NCBI RefSeq assembly: GCF_902652985.1
Contig: NC_047028.1
Span: forward strand, 11,284,001 to 11,348,000
DNA length: 64,000 nucleotides
From: Pecten maximus
Lineage: Eukaryota
Direction: 5' to 3'
Shown here: in pieces, positions 50,301 through 63,865 of the stretch
Numbering within the stretch: position 1 is the stretch's first letter
How the letters are laid out: each line of letters starts with the position of its first letter
Notes under the pieces: generated by a model
Told to the model about the DNA's origin: nothing
Seen by the model: only the letters and a program-made list of their open reading frames with translations
The model's database searches: none
Translations under genes and position numbers: made by a program

Positions 50301-53300
50301 AACAGTTAAAATATGCCCATATGCAGTATATGAAACGGTATACAAACCAAAAAAAGAACATCGGCATAATAACGAAACTCGAACTCAAAAAGATTAAACA
50401 ACGGCAAAAATATAGATAGAGACTCCATGGTGGTGTTGGAAGGCTTGTACAAAAAACAATAGTAAATAGAAACGTCAATAACTAATCTATAAATATATAC
50501 ATTGAACGCCGAATCATGTATATACAATGTAAGAATTGTACTTGCTGCCTCCATGGCATGATTCGTAACAAGCTACTAAATTTGGGATACTTTCTCTCCT
50601 TTGCTACTTTCTCCCTCCTAATTTAATTCTAATTTGACGACGCCTCACTTTTGGGCGCGAGTTGAGCATTCGCTCCTTTGAATAAGACTTTGTCATATTT
50701 CTGGTACATATACTTATGTCTAATTTTAGCTACATTGCGTTCGGCATGTTTGGGAGTGGAACGACTTATCATCCCGATGTCCATAAATGTGACCGAGTGT
50801 GTCCTACTGGACATCTTCGACAGTGAGGTAGCACTATCGATCAACTCGGTATTAGTTCTGCACTATCACAAGGAGACAGACGAGAATATAACACAGCTTT
50901 CAAAAAGAGTTATTTCGGAAGCCTTATCCGTTTCCGTAGCCGAAACATATCGGACATGAGAGATTGCATTAATAAAATGTCTACCAAGTCGAAAGTAGTT
51001 CCTCGACGTTATAATTTCTCTTTTCTTACAGTGTGTATACATCATTAAAAATCACATGATGCGATATGCTCATTTGAATGCACACTGTGATGCATCGGGT
51101 ATTATATAACCTGCACATTTAACAAGCTCATTGCAGCTTAAACATGTTTATAAAATTCTGTATAATATGTGCGAGCATCTAACCGGCAACTATTCTGATG
51201 TCTTTCTGTTAATGAATAGGATACTAAAAAAAAAAAAAAAAAAAAAAGTATGTCTACTACTATAGTCATGACCTAAACGTGCAGGTAGGTGCATACCAAA
51301 GTCAGTACCTATACGCATGTTAAAGTGGTATGGAAGACCAGAAAGGTCAAAGGCAAAACGTCAACACGGTTTTATAAGAGGCATTCATGTATTGGTTGGA
51401 TAAAATATCCACACATTTGGGTGCCAATAATTCGCATAGACAAGCAATATTGGATATGCGTCCTCGACGATGACGGCATTTATAAGGCGAATTAAAACTC
51501 TATAGTACCGAATCACTGTATAAATAGGATACACTCCTGAAATGATGTAATTATCTCCCGAGAAAAAAATATTTCCAATCGAACGTCAGTCCTACGTTAT
51601 GAGTACTACTTGTCAGAGTTATTCCCCTGTGTGAAAATCGGCATGAAAAGCAAAGTAAAGTTTAAAAAAAACAAAAAGAAGAAAATGGTGGCGCAAAGAT
51701 AACTCATGTCAATTTTTATGAAAATCGGTTCATTCCATTGGTACATTAACGTACTGGCAGCAGTGGATTTATTGAGGACAATGTGAGCTGTTTATTTTCT
51801 TTACATACGTATATACTTTGAACTGTGTTAGTTTCATGGGGCAAACGTCTATATAAACATTAAAATTGGGACTTTTATGACTAGACTATGCTTTGATAAT
51901 GCATTGGATATATATACGTATACTATTACATTTTTGAAAATGGCGCGATGACTGACGGAGTTTTAATGGTTGGTAGTCGAAGTTGTTTTTTCTCCGCTAG
52001 ACTGCGCGATCACATTTAATTTCATTAATGAGCGCTGCCTTACGAAGACAAATGGTACTAAAGGAAGACAAGTTTGTCCAATAAATGGTTATGTCCTCCC
52101 TCCACCAGACTGTCCCTACCGATTTCCAGACCATCCAGGTTTCATAGCCTCCTTTATTGGTAGTTCTATGCAGAACCATTACAATTTTTAGCGACGCCTT
52201 AGTCCTATGCTCCTATCAATATATAAAGTTTTACACTCCTGTCTATATCGTACATTAATCAAAATCAATAAATAAACATTACAATTGTATAAAAGCTCGT
52301 GTAATATGAAATGTACAGATAGATCCAAGCATTGCGGACTAAACAGTGATCTTTTGGTAAACGTCATTGCGGAAGAGCTCGGCATTTTCTGTGTTACTTT
52401 GACGTCAAATCGCGATGCGCTCCACGAGACATGCTCTCGACACGATGTAAGGTTTCACTCTTTACACATCTATTTGTCGTTACGTTAATTCTGAAAACCA
52501 TTTGGTTTTCAAATTTACGAAGTCTTCGCAAACATTAACAAGCAACTTAACAAGTTATATGTTAACAGCAAGACAGTTGCTGACTGGGGTATTTTTCTTT
52601 CATGTTTTATTTTCTATCTTGGTTACATCTCTAAAAATAATGTCCTACAGTGGTCTAAATATCGTTCTTATACAGTTAAATAATGCATTTCCCCATGCCC
52701 GATACGTTTTTGATACCACCCTACGGATAAGGCTTCCCCAAGAACTCACACGCTCATTACACGCATGTATCTCACACACTTTGAAGGACATCTTTAAATG
52801 ACCATAAAGGACGTCAGAATATACAAAGGCAAACCAAATAACTTATTGACACAGACGTTTCACTATTATAGTATTCGTCAGGGATGTTAGGAACAAAATT
52901 TTGAAATCCAAAAACGAAAGTCAGAGTAATCAAATGTGTCCTAAACGTATGTTAAACCTGATATTATCCTGTTATATACTACCAGTAGTATGGGTACATA
53001 GGAGAGGGTAATGATGATATAGTAGTAGTTTCTTTACTTCTCGTTAATTAACGTCAACTATAAAGGAGACATTTCCGGAGTGACTTTAAAACATGCATGC
53101 GATATACAACAATACTATTAACAAAGTGGAATCAGTAATGGTTACTATATGAATGTATGTTGGGTGTCCTGGTGACTGTTGATATCATACCAGTGAATTT
53201 GCCCATGGTATAATAAACCCAAGAACAAATACGCCTGTCAAAGCTCCCGTCAGACTTGCGGAGGTAATGTTGAAAATCTGCAAAGACAAATGCATATTTC

Positions 53301-56300
53301 ATTTGTTTTATTGATTGATTCTTTGATTTGTTTATTTTGTGATTTTAGAACGAAACTTTTTATTTTCTCTCTCGTAATTTTGATATTTGATATCTGCCGT
53401 ATTCATTCAGGGAAAACATCGGCGGCTGATTTGTGAATAGCTATTTAATTTTTCACAACAATGAAAAGAAATACAAATTGTTTATGTCTATATTGTCGGT
53501 AGACATTGAATTTTTTAAATCATGTTTACTACAAACATTATGTTACATCATATCATGAAACCTCACATCCTCATATCACCTATATCAGCACGTTTATACG
53601 TGTTTCGGGAAAGGTTTCTTTCTAAGGGAATTTTAATTAAGATTTAAAACTTAAGAATATATATACGTGTTCAATGTAAAAATTAAATCTTATGCATGAA
53701 AAAAATAAATATGGCTTAAATCACTCTATAAGTTATTCTTATTATCATATAAACAATCTTTACACCATTACATACTCGTTTTGGTCACTTACTTGTGTCA
53801 CCGGTCCATCTAGGCCAGAGACAACAAAAGCCACCAGGCAGCCAATGACGCCAAATACAAACACTGAACAAACAGGAGAATACTCAAGTGTAAGCAGAAT
53901 AGCAGTTAAACGGATTACTGAGGAAAATAGTGCAACTTCTCAACATTGGAATACATTTTAACAAATATAACCAGGTGCGATCTACCTAGATATAACCAGT
54001 TCTGACCTGCAAAATAAAGCCAGGTATGATCTAGCTAAATATATCCAGGTATGATCTAGGCAAATATAACCAGGTATGATCTAGTTAAATATAACCAGGT
54101 GTGATCTAGTTAAATATGACCAGGTGTGATCTAGCTTAATATAACTAGGTATGATCTAGCCAAATAAAGCCAGGTATGATCTAGCCAAATATAACCAGGT
54201 GTGATCTAGCTTAATATAATAAGGTATGATCTAGCCAAATATAACCAGGTGTGATCTAGCTTAATATAATAAGGTATGATCTAGCCAAATATAACTAGGT
54301 ATGATCTAGCCAAATAAAGCCAGGTATGATCTAGCCAAATATAACCAGGTATGATCTAGCCAAATATAACCAGGTATGATCTAGCCAAATATAATCAGGT
54401 ATGACATAGCCAAATGAAGACAGGTATGATATAGCCGAATATAACAGGCATGACCTTGCCAAATATAATCAAATGTGACTTAGCCAAATATAACCAGGTA
54501 TGATCTAGCCAAATATAACCAGGTGTGATCTAGTCTCACGATACTTTGCCCGTGTAATACATTGGCGGTGTCAATTAAACATGTGTTGTATATATTCAGG
54601 TCTGGTGTTTCAATATCGAATCAGGTGCGATATATATAAGAGTCAGGGGATTCAAAGATTTTATGAACAAAAACGTTTACTGTAGCAAACAGACCTGAAG
54701 CTAGCCCTCAAATAATTATAGAGTTGTTCATCAAGGTATCTTTGAATTCATGTTCAAGAGGCATATTCGACCTAAGTAGTTTTTTAATGTGAAATTGAAC
54801 GACATTACACAGGCTTACACAATAAACAAACACAGCATAAATTCTGTTCCAATTAAATTGGTGTTACATGAAAAAAAAATGAACCAAACATTGTAATAAA
54901 TGATAATCAAAAAAAAATCCAACAGAGATTACAAATCATTCAATGGATTTTGTAGTATTTTTTCATTTTAGTGAAGCTCGATCATACCACACGTCCAAGA
55001 GTTTGGTTCCGTTTATGAAATGTTATAGATCTTTTGTGTTTACACACTACAGAAATCGTCTAGATCGGCTTTGCAACCAATCATACATGTACTACTATGG
55101 TTAAACAATATGCCAGTCCATCTGTTAAAATCTATAAGCAGTCATATATATCTGCCGATAGAAACCATAGTTTGCAATAGAACTTGCGCTTGGAACCAAA
55201 TATACATGCTTGTTCATCATTCTATGGTAGCCTAGCATAGCATAGCTAAGTAACTTCCATCCTACTTTAAATGATTTATATATACTAGTACATTTTCAGG
55301 CCTTATTATAACGTAGATATACGACAATACTTACTTGACAGTTGAGTAATGATGATCCCTCGCCTTTCGGACATAGGTTTGGTGTGAGGTTTTATAATAT
55401 CTTCCCAAAATACTGCTGACATGCTACTCAACAAAGACGACATGGTACTGAAAATAAATTAACAAAATAAATAGTATTTTTCGTTTTCATCTACGCCTAA
55501 TGTCTCGATGTTGCTTTTGCATGTGCTTTTTATTATGAAAAAAAGACTATGGCATGTTGAACGATGGGTAAACGATCAACGAAAACGCTGACCTATAACA
55601 TTAATGTTGACTGTATTAGTGACAATTTTATAGTGAAGATTTTCAAAATTGAGACTTTCTGACTCTCATCACATAATACAACACAGTTTCGAAGTATATC
55701 CCATCATCGTAGCTCCGTATATATTTTCAAATATCTCCTTATATCCTCGCTATAGATTTCTGTATATTCGCGTTTTATATCTCCGTATATCATCAATATA
55801 GATCTCCATATAATCTCGTTATAAATTTCATTTCCCTGTATCGTCATGATAGATATCCGTATATCTTCGTTATAGATCTCCGTATATCTTCGTTATAGAT
55901 CTCCGTATATCTTCGTTATAGATCACCGTATCTCTTCGTTATATATCTCCGTATATTTTCGTTATAGATCACCGTATCTCTTCGTTATAGATCTCCGTAT
56001 CTCTTCGTTATAGATCTCCGTATATCTTCATTATAGATCTCCGTATATCTTCGTTATAGATATCCGTATATCTTCGTTATAGATCTCCGTATATCTTCGT
56101 TATAGATCTCCGTATATCTTCGTTATAGATCTCCGTATATTCTCGCTATAGATCTCCGTATATCTTCGTTGTAGATCTCCGTATATCTTCGTTATAGATC
56201 TCCGTATATCTTTGTTATAGATCTCCGTATATTCTCGCTATAGATCTCCGTATATCTTCGTTATAGATCTCCGTATATTCTCGCTATAGATCTCCGTATA

Positions 56301-59300
56301 TCTTCGTTATAGATCACCGTATATTCTCGCTATAGATCTCTGTATATCTTCGTTATAGATCTCCGTATATCTTCGTTATAGATCTCCGTATATCTTCGTT
56401 ATATATCTCCGTATATCTTCGTTATAGATCTCCGTATATCTTCGTTATATATCTCCGTATATCTTCGTTATAGATCTCCGTATATCTTCGTTATAGATCT
56501 CCGTATATCTTCGTTATAGATCTCCGTATATCTTCGTTATAGATCTCCGTATATCTTCGTTATAGATCTCCGTATATCTTCGTTATAGATCTCCGTATAT
56601 CTTCGTTATAGATCTCCGTACATCTTCGTTATAGATCACCGTATATTCTCGCTATAGATCTGCGAATATTCTCGAGAATTAAGGGTGCCAACGACAGTCG
56701 AATCTGAGAGAAATATAGGAACATCTAAGAAGAATGCTAAGGACATTCTTTTCTGAGTCTTCCGACTGCGGACAGTGATACCAGACCGTAATTGAGGGCG
56801 GACAGTGATACCAGACCGTAATTGAGGGCGGACAGTGATACCAGACCGTAATTGAGGGCGGACAGTGATACCAGACCGTAATTGAGGGCGGACAGTGATA
56901 CCAGACCGTAATTGAGGGCGGACAGTGATACCAGACCGTAACCGATGGCGGACAATTATATCAGAGTGTTACCGAGGGCGGACAGTGATATCAGACCGTA
57001 ACTGAGGGCGGACAGTGATACCAGACCGTAACTGAGGGCGGACAGTGATACCAGACCGTAACTGAGGGCGGACAATGATGTCAGATCGTAACTGAGGGCG
57101 GACAGTGATACCAGACCGTAACTGAGGGCGGACAATGATGTCAGATCGTAACTGAGGGCGGACAATGATGTCAGATCGTAACTGAGGGCGGACAGTGATA
57201 CCAGACTGTAACTGAGGGCGGACAATTATATCAGAGTGTTACCGAGGGCGGACAGTGATACCAGACCGTAACTGAGGGCGGACAATGATACCAGACCGTA
57301 ACTGAGGGCGGACAGTGATACCAGACCGTAACTGAGGGCGGACAGTGATACCAGACCGTAACTGAGGGTGGACAATGATGTCAGATCGTAACTGAGGGCG
57401 GACAATTATATCAGAGTGTTACCGAGGGCAGACAGTGATATCAGACCGTAACTGAGGGCGGACAGTGATACCAGACCGTAACTGAGGGCGGACAGTGATA
57501 CCAGACTGTAACTGAGGGCGGACAATTATATCAGAGTGTTACCGAGGGCAGACAGTGATACCAGACTGTAACTGAGGGCGGACAGTGATACCAGACCGTA
57601 ACTGAGGGCGGACAATTATATCAGAGTGTTACCGAGGGCGGACAGTGATATCAGATCGTTTCCACGCGCAGACAGTGCTTTTAGGTTTCCGAGTGTGGTC
57701 CAAAGGCGAAGCCATCTTACCTAAGAGAAGCACTAAATAGAGATGCTAAGAATAGTCCTGGCATACAAGGTGTGTCATGGAATATGTCTACAACCATAGC
57801 TGGGATCAACTACAAAATAAATGAACGTGATAATGATTAATTGAATATATACAAGTAGTAAATGAAAACACACTCACACGAATGTCTGATTGTTCATACA
57901 ACGTACCATGTATCATTGGAATTACTAGGTACTTTCCTGCTTTAAGATGTTCTGGTGCAAACTGTTGTTGGTACAACATATGGAGAGATAGAAGTCGAGT
58001 AAATCCAATAATAACAAATAAATTCATTATGCATGTAGTCCCATATCAATTACGGAAGCCGCAAATGCTTATGCACAATAAATATTCCATATTTTATGTA
58101 TCTATTCAGTAATTACAATCACATCACATAGTTTTCACTGCCCTGCTAGTAGGGCGTATTGTAAGAGGCGACTTATTTTGTGCGCTTTCGTCTTCTTAAT
58201 TTCTTCCTTGACATTGCGTCACGTGTGGCCTTTAGTTGAGTGTTTTGCACCCTTGACGAGACATACCAGGGTCTATAAAAATGGAATTTTTACTTCTGTT
58301 TCGCAGTCAGAATTTTATGAGCAGTACGATTGGTTCCCAGTTGCCGGTATAATGTATCCGTGTTGGTGATGGGGTGGGGTTGGGTTTGGGATGGGGTGTG
58401 GTGTGGAGTGGGTGTGTGTGTGGGGGGGGGGGGGGGGGGGGGGGGTAGTGTGTGTGTGGGGGGGGGGGGGGGAGGGGCGCACGTATACACAACACGCTTG
58501 CACACATGGGAGGCTGTCCTTAACTGACCTTAGCTATTGATAGAACATTAAGAAATACTAAACAAAACTTTACCTGGTTTTGATTATCCAATCGCTTCGA
58601 CTCCAGTGGATCACAGCCCTTTTTGTGGAAGTAACCAAACATAACAGCTCCTTCTAACACTCCCAACCAGGAGATAAACAGGAAGGAGAAGGCAGTAACA
58701 AGGTACATACTGAAATTATAGATATGTATAAACCAGTTAATAATAACAAGTAATACATTATAATGCTTTTGTTTCGTTTTTAGTTTGGATTATACTGGTA
58801 CCTATTTTGATAAATATAAATACTATATATTTATTTTTATCCTGCTACTGACATCCATTGTCGGAATACACCCACCACATATATATTTGCTGTACTTGGC
58901 AGTGACGGATACCATGCACCAGTATTTCAGAATTTTAGCAAGTGTGTCAATTCACTAAAAATGCATATGTTTGATAATTTTGATATTTTTCGCCAAACAT
59001 ACAGCTTATCGTTTAAGTATCTTTGAATAAAGTCTGTATTTTGGCGAGGGCAAAGAAAGACAAAAGTGACAAGCCTTGGCGAGCCACTTTAGTCTTTCTG
59101 TCCCAAATATACAAAAAATACAGCTTTTATCTTAAGATACTGTCTATGTATTCTGATATAGACATGGCGCATCAGTTTCAACATGCAAGAAGGTTTATAT
59201 TTAATGTCAACCAAGGAAACAGAGTATACAATCAAAACGAAAATCGTTTAAAACGACCTAAAATGATCAGGTCTCTGCATCACTTAAGACAATGACACAA

Positions 59301-62300
59301 AGCCAAAACACATAAAGGCAAACCCTGTAAGTATTACATTTAGTTACATTTGTACTTACTTGGTTGTTGATTTCAAAGTCGGCGTGGCCTTGATTCTCAG
59401 AAAGGATGTTTGCATAAAAACTGTGGCCAAGCCCCTCAACGAGCTTCCAAATACTAGACTCCAGAACGACTGTCTCAGGGTCGGGTCGGGATCGAATCTT
59501 CAATATGGAAATCATACATGATATGATCATGTATCATGTCAGCTCTACCTACACATTGACATAGAGTGAGAGTATCACCAAACCTTAACAGTATCACAGA
59601 CTAACCGTTTAACTTCATTTAAAGATCTGCATATAATTTGTTTTAATGCTGGTATACATTTAATCAAATCTCTTTTGCCATACATGTATTTGGATTTCAT
59701 CCCTTAGAATGCTTTAATGTAGGTATAAAATATCTGCTTACTCAAATAAATTGACTCTTCCAGATTCGTACACAGCGTTCCATGTTTCCCCCACGCCACC
59801 TGCCGCAATTGTACCCTACGGTTAATGACACCTGTTGTACATGGTAATCACACAATGACAACGACCATATTATCACTTTTAGTATCACTGGGTTACATCA
59901 GCTTTTGTATTTACACTGTCACAATGGCCTATATAAATATTTTTAAATCCAGTTAAGTAATCACCCGTCCACATCAGGATTTATATATAACATAAAATAC
60001 TGGTTTATGTAGCATTCTTCACATTTATTTGGACATGCAGCTCGCTCCTCACCAGAGTAACAGAAATCCAAACATTAAAAACCAAATGCCAACTTCTATA
60101 AATGCCTATTCATAGATGATCAATGCCTTTGTCTTAAGTTGTATAGACTATTGTGTCTCAAACAGTACTGCGAATAGTTAATATTATGTTTATGTGGCGC
60201 CTATAGGAAGCATAGTACATTTGTACCTTTTAAGTACGGCATGTAGTATACATGACGTTTATGTGGCGCCTATACCAAAACATTTAAGCATTGACCTGCT
60301 ATCAGTTGGCAGTTATGGGCTGACAATGCCAATTGAACAAAGCTGGCATCATCGGCCCATAATTGCGCACGAAAGGCAGTTCAATGCTTTTATTTACCAC
60401 TTGCGATTTAAAAATAAACACTGTCATTAACGGAATTCTAATTCCCCCGCCATTCCCCGCTGTTAGCCTGTTAACAGTTCTACCATGTTGTTCCGCCTAA
60501 AATAAAATAGTGCGTAAGATAATAGAAAACGAGATAATTATTATAAATGTAGTACTAATATTTAATACATATAAACATTAGGATGATGCATATTACACTT
60601 TTTAAATTCAATTTTCTCCGGCAGAAGATTTATTTTCCATTCTTTTATTTTGCCGGGCCCGTGGCTGTGTTACCGTTATATTCAAACGCCAGTTGGCAGT
60701 TATGCGCTGGTAACGCCCACCTACAGTTCGTAAGGTTATATAGTGGCAATGCCATAGAGTGGTAAATATGTTTAATAAGTACGGCGAATATTTCACATGA
60801 CGTCTATATGGCGCCTATAAAAAAGCATAGTACCTTAAAAAAAATATGGCCAATATTTCACGTGACGTTTATGTGGCGCCTATACCAACACATACTAGCT
60901 GAATACAAAATGTAAGTATATAGAATATTTCACATGACGTTTATGTGGCGCCTATACCAACACATACTAGCTGAATACAAAATGTAAGTATATAGAATAT
61001 TTCACATGACGTTTATATGGGGCCTATACCAAAACATACTACCTTAATAAGTACGGCCAATATCCCAGTCAACATGATGATGGCCTGTATAACATCTGAC
61101 CAGATGACAGCCTTGAATCCGCCCTGGAAGTCAAGGAGGTGATAGATATAAAAAATCTTTTAACCTCATGATAATAACGATATATTTCAATGTATTAATA
61201 TGATCGCATACATCGCAAGAATTACTGTCCGTGCATATTTAAAGTAAGGAAAACAAAAACGACATGTCGTGTCTACCTTAAATATTCGGGCGATCACATT
61301 GTGACCAATACTGTTAAAAGGACTAATTGACTTACTATCAAAGTGTACACCAATACGGCAATCTCGAGACCAACAATAGACGTCCATGTCGGGATACCTG
61401 CCACTGGGAACACCATGGTAGATTATACAGTGTAATTTTAAATAGAAATATATCAAGATCTCTGTTCAAAACAAATTAAACTAAACAAAATCAAATTAAT
61501 TACAGCTGGAATGGAAACCAGCCAATTAGAAAGTTAAATAAATCCCGAATAACGTGTGCGACAAACAGTGTCTTCCCGCTCAAATAGAAACTCGTCCTGC
61601 TCAAATAGAACCTCATACCGCTCAAATAGAACCTCATACCGCTCAAATAGAACCTCATACCGCTCAAATAGAAACTCATCCCGCTCAAATAGAAACTCAT
61701 CTCGCTCAAATAGAAACTCATCCTGCTCAAATAGAACCTCATCTCGCTCAAAAGAAACTCATCTCGCTCAAAGCGAACCTCATACCGCTCAAATAGAACA
61801 TCATCTCGCTCAAATAGAAACTCATCTCGCTCAAATAGAAACTCATCTCGCTCAAATAGAAACTCATCCTGCTCAAATAGAACCTCATACCGCTCAAATA
61901 GCAATCCATTCCGCTCAAATAGAAACTCATACCACTCAAATAGAAATTCATCCCGCTCAAAAAGAAACTTATCCCCCTCAAATAGAAACTCATCCCACTC
62001 CAATAGAATGTCACACCGCTCAAATAGAAACTTATACCGCTCAAATAGAAATCCATTCCGCTCAAATAAAAACTCATTCCGTTCAAATAGAAACTCATTC
62101 CGTTCAAAAAGAAACTCATTCCGTTCAAATGGAAACTTATCCCGCTCCAATAGATAGTCACCCATCTCAAATAGAAACTCATCCCGCTCAAACAGAATTA
62201 ACCCAGCTCAAATAGAACTCAAATCTATCGAGTTTATTGCTTACATATTTCTACAGTTCAATGGAACATAAAAAAAACAGGTAACACAGCCCTAGCAAAG

Positions 62301-63865
62301 TGCCATCAATGAAACTACAGATTTTCATACGAGCTGGTGATTTCCCACGGTTATACAACTTAATTAACAATTACGGTTTTTAAACATCGCTTCTGGTATT
62401 TGTATTGTTTTGTAACTTCTATTGTTTCGTAACCCTCCTTGCCATTTGTCAATACAATTTCGCTTCAGCACGAAAATGTGGATGAAATAAATCGTAAAAA
62501 ACATATTAGGGTAGACAATGATAACAGTGTTCCCAGAAACATTTGTCACACTTTATCAACTGAGGGGAATGTGTACCTGGGTCCTATGGTAACTTGAATA
62601 CGTCAATTACGCTGGGCGAACACTGTTGTTTACAATAGATATCTCGTATGCTGTGTATATTTATAAACAGGAAGTAATAAAGAAAAAAACATATGAGTGG
62701 TGCATTATGCAAAATAGTGCATTTCTTCGCGAAATCACAACTAGCCCACCAAAGTTGGGTTTTAATATTTATCTCTGCAAAAGCCTCCGGTTATATAAGC
62801 CGAGACGTTGTAGCTGTTCTTTCAACAGACCTTTTTTGAAATACCATACAAGCACACTACCTGTACCAGGTGAAAAACTTGTCATAGATTATGAAGACAA
62901 TAACTTAGCTCTATCATAATTACAATGTTATAACATTAAAGTTATTGATTGGTACATGTACTGAGGGGTATTTGGTCGTTTTATTCTTGAGATGTTTTGG
63001 CTGCCTTTTCTGTCAATCTCTACACAATTTACAGGATTTGGATGGTACACTATATTATAAAATTAACAACTAATAATCTATTAATAACATACCAGCTTCA
63101 AGGGTTACTGCGGGCATGAAAAGGACCGTTCCAAAGTAATTTATCTGGATTAGAAGAAAGGCAATGCTGATATTTCATAATATTCTGTTAAGTAGATATT
63201 TCGTTTTCATAAAAATAATATTAAATATATATGTGATACAAAAATACGTTATAAGAATGTAAAGTTCATTCATATACCACACCGACTCTCTTTCACAATA
63301 ATATCATTGGACAAACGTTCGTGTGTTACTTGGTATAATTCACCATTAAACAGGTATAGTCCTCTAGATGAATGTCTCTAAGGTCAACGCGGAATAATGG
63401 CAATTATACCCCCCATGAACATCAGTTCCGTTCATTAATCTTTGACGATGATACAGTAATACTGATTATAACTTATTATACTTTTCTTATTATCAACAAT
63501 CAAGATCTATTGAATATTTATGCGACTGACTGAAGACTATGGTTGTGATGATCACATATTTAATACTCTGGAATTCATGAAGTTTAAAATCCATGAATTA
63601 AACACACAAATAAATAAATAAACAAGTACCAGACTTATTTTGAATAAGCTTATCTTAATTAAAAAAACAATTGATCTTATTTAAGAATGATGATTTTAGT
63701 ATTGTTGCCATACTTTATCTATAACAAATTACATACATATTTAAACTAAAACGGAAATAAGACTTTGATAAATCAGTACACCATGAAAACACTTACCCCA
63801 TAAAATATGCTTAACACTGTGGCAAATAGTCTGATGCCATGGGACTTGAATCGGAGCTCCAAATA
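47258..63865 (-). CDS. SLC5A8-like: Sodium:solute symporter (SLC5A8/SLC5A6/SLC5A12-like), 3' 15 exons; 5' end beyond the window
   Basis: Canonical GT-AG exons sum to 1488 nt with consistent phases (495 aa + stop); motifs YLELRF, GGFKAVIWSD, FDPDPT..SFW, CDPL, PGLFLASLFSASLSTMSS, WED, YSLSYMW. Confidence 0.93.
47338..47815. repeat. 16-bp minisatellite (gtggagttatatttat) in the last SLC5 intron
   Basis: Direct reading. Confidence 0.92.
47883..48355 (-). mobile_element. Decayed Meta-SINE whose 3' tail and flank are tandemly duplicated (~148 bp)
   Basis: tcggcacaacggatttccgtataagtggat...atttaaggacccctg occurs twice; Meta-like body at 48245-48355 resembles 16990-17090. Confidence 0.55.
48578..48696 (-). 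CDS. SLC5 exon (V)QPTVDPDLLVPVCDVLCCCLPEWARKRCRYTPDFPKEDY
   Basis: ttacag / gtaata, 119 nt. Confidence 0.85.
49302..49402 (-). CDS. SLC5 exon SGLDALYSLSYMWLGAMGVLIVVIIGAVVSRFK
   Basis: ctacag / gtaaat, 101 nt. Confidence 0.92.
49781..50010 (-). CDS. SLC5 exon GAIVGGLSSVLFVGWISVG...EILTTP
   Basis: gttcag / gtaagt, 230 nt. Confidence 0.9.
50730..50845 (+). mobile_element. Meta-SINE central fragment
   Basis: gggagtggaacgac...aatgtgaccgagtg...cttcgacagtgaggtagcactat matches the 16861 element. Confidence 0.55.
53191..53277 (-). CDS. SLC5 exon IFNITSASLTGALTGVFVLGFIIPWANSL
   Basis: ttgcag / gtatga, 87 nt. Confidence 0.9.
53793..53863 (-). CDS. SLC5 exon (M)FVFGVIGCLVAFVVSGLDGPVTQ
   Basis: gttcag / gtaagt, 71 nt. 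Confidence 0.9.
53966..54533. repeat. 25-bp minisatellite
   Basis: Unit ataaccaggtatgatctagccaaat. Confidence 0.93.
55335..55447 (-). CDS. SLC5 exon TMSSLLSSMSAVFWEDIIKPHTKPMSERRGIIITQLS
   Basis: tttcag / gtaagt, 113 nt. Confidence 0.92.
55850..56660. repeat. 23-bp minisatellite
   Basis: Unit gatctccgtatatcttcgttata. Confidence 0.95.
56768..57658. repeat. 30-bp minisatellite
   Basis: Unit gagggcggacagtgataccagaccgtaact. Confidence 0.95.
57721..57809 (-). CDS. SLC5 exon LIPAMVVDIFHDTPCMPGLFLASLFSASL(S)
   Basis: ttgtag / gtaaga, 89 nt. Confidence 0.92.
58365..58478 (+). repeat. G/GT-rich tract with G-quadruplex potential
   Basis: ggggtggggttgggtttgggatgggg plus long poly-G runs. Confidence 0.75.
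58574..58709 (-). CDS. SLC5 exon MYLVTAF...GCDPLESKRLDNQNQ
   Basis: tttcag / gtaaag, 136 nt. Confidence 0.92.
59360..59497 (-). CDS. SLC5 exon FDPDPTLRQSFWSLVFGSSLRGLATVFMQTSFLRIKATPTLKSTT
   Basis: ttgaag / gtaagt, 138 nt. Confidence 0.9.
59742..59815 (-). CDS. SLC5 exon GTIAAGGVGETWNAVYESGRVNLF
   Basis: ccgtag / gtaagc, 74 nt. Confidence 0.9.
60770..61062 (-). repeat. 65-72-bp degenerate tandem repeat copying the SLC5 exon end and donor; more copies at ~60188-60290
   Basis: gacgt(t/c)tat(g/a)tgg motif at 60799, 60864, 60936, 61008; exon-end motif ttaataagtacggc recurs at ~60772. Confidence 0.8.
61043..61123 (-). CDS. SLC5 exon GGFKAVIWSDVIQAIIMLTGILAVLIK
   Basis: ttccag / gtagta, 81 nt; SSS family signature. 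Confidence 0.93.
61336..61403 (-). CDS. SLC5 exon (V)AGIPTWTSIVGLEIAVLVYTLI
   Basis: ttcccag / gtaagt, 68 nt. Confidence 0.9.
61577..62218. repeat. 21-bp minisatellite
   Basis: Unit gctcaaatagaaactcatc(c/t)c. Confidence 0.93.
63093..63144 (-). CDS. SLC5 exon INYFGTVLFMPAVTLEA
   Basis: atccag / gtatgt, 52 nt. Confidence 0.9.
63797..63865 (-). CDS. SLC5 exon YLELRFKSHGIRLFATVLSIFYG
   Basis: tttcag / gtaagt, 69 nt. Confidence 0.92.

Noticed and set aside
47337-62215. Repetitive ORFs at 47337-47799, 56737-57225, 58290-58527 and 61500-62215
   Set aside because: Translations of intronic minisatellites or poly-G tracts.
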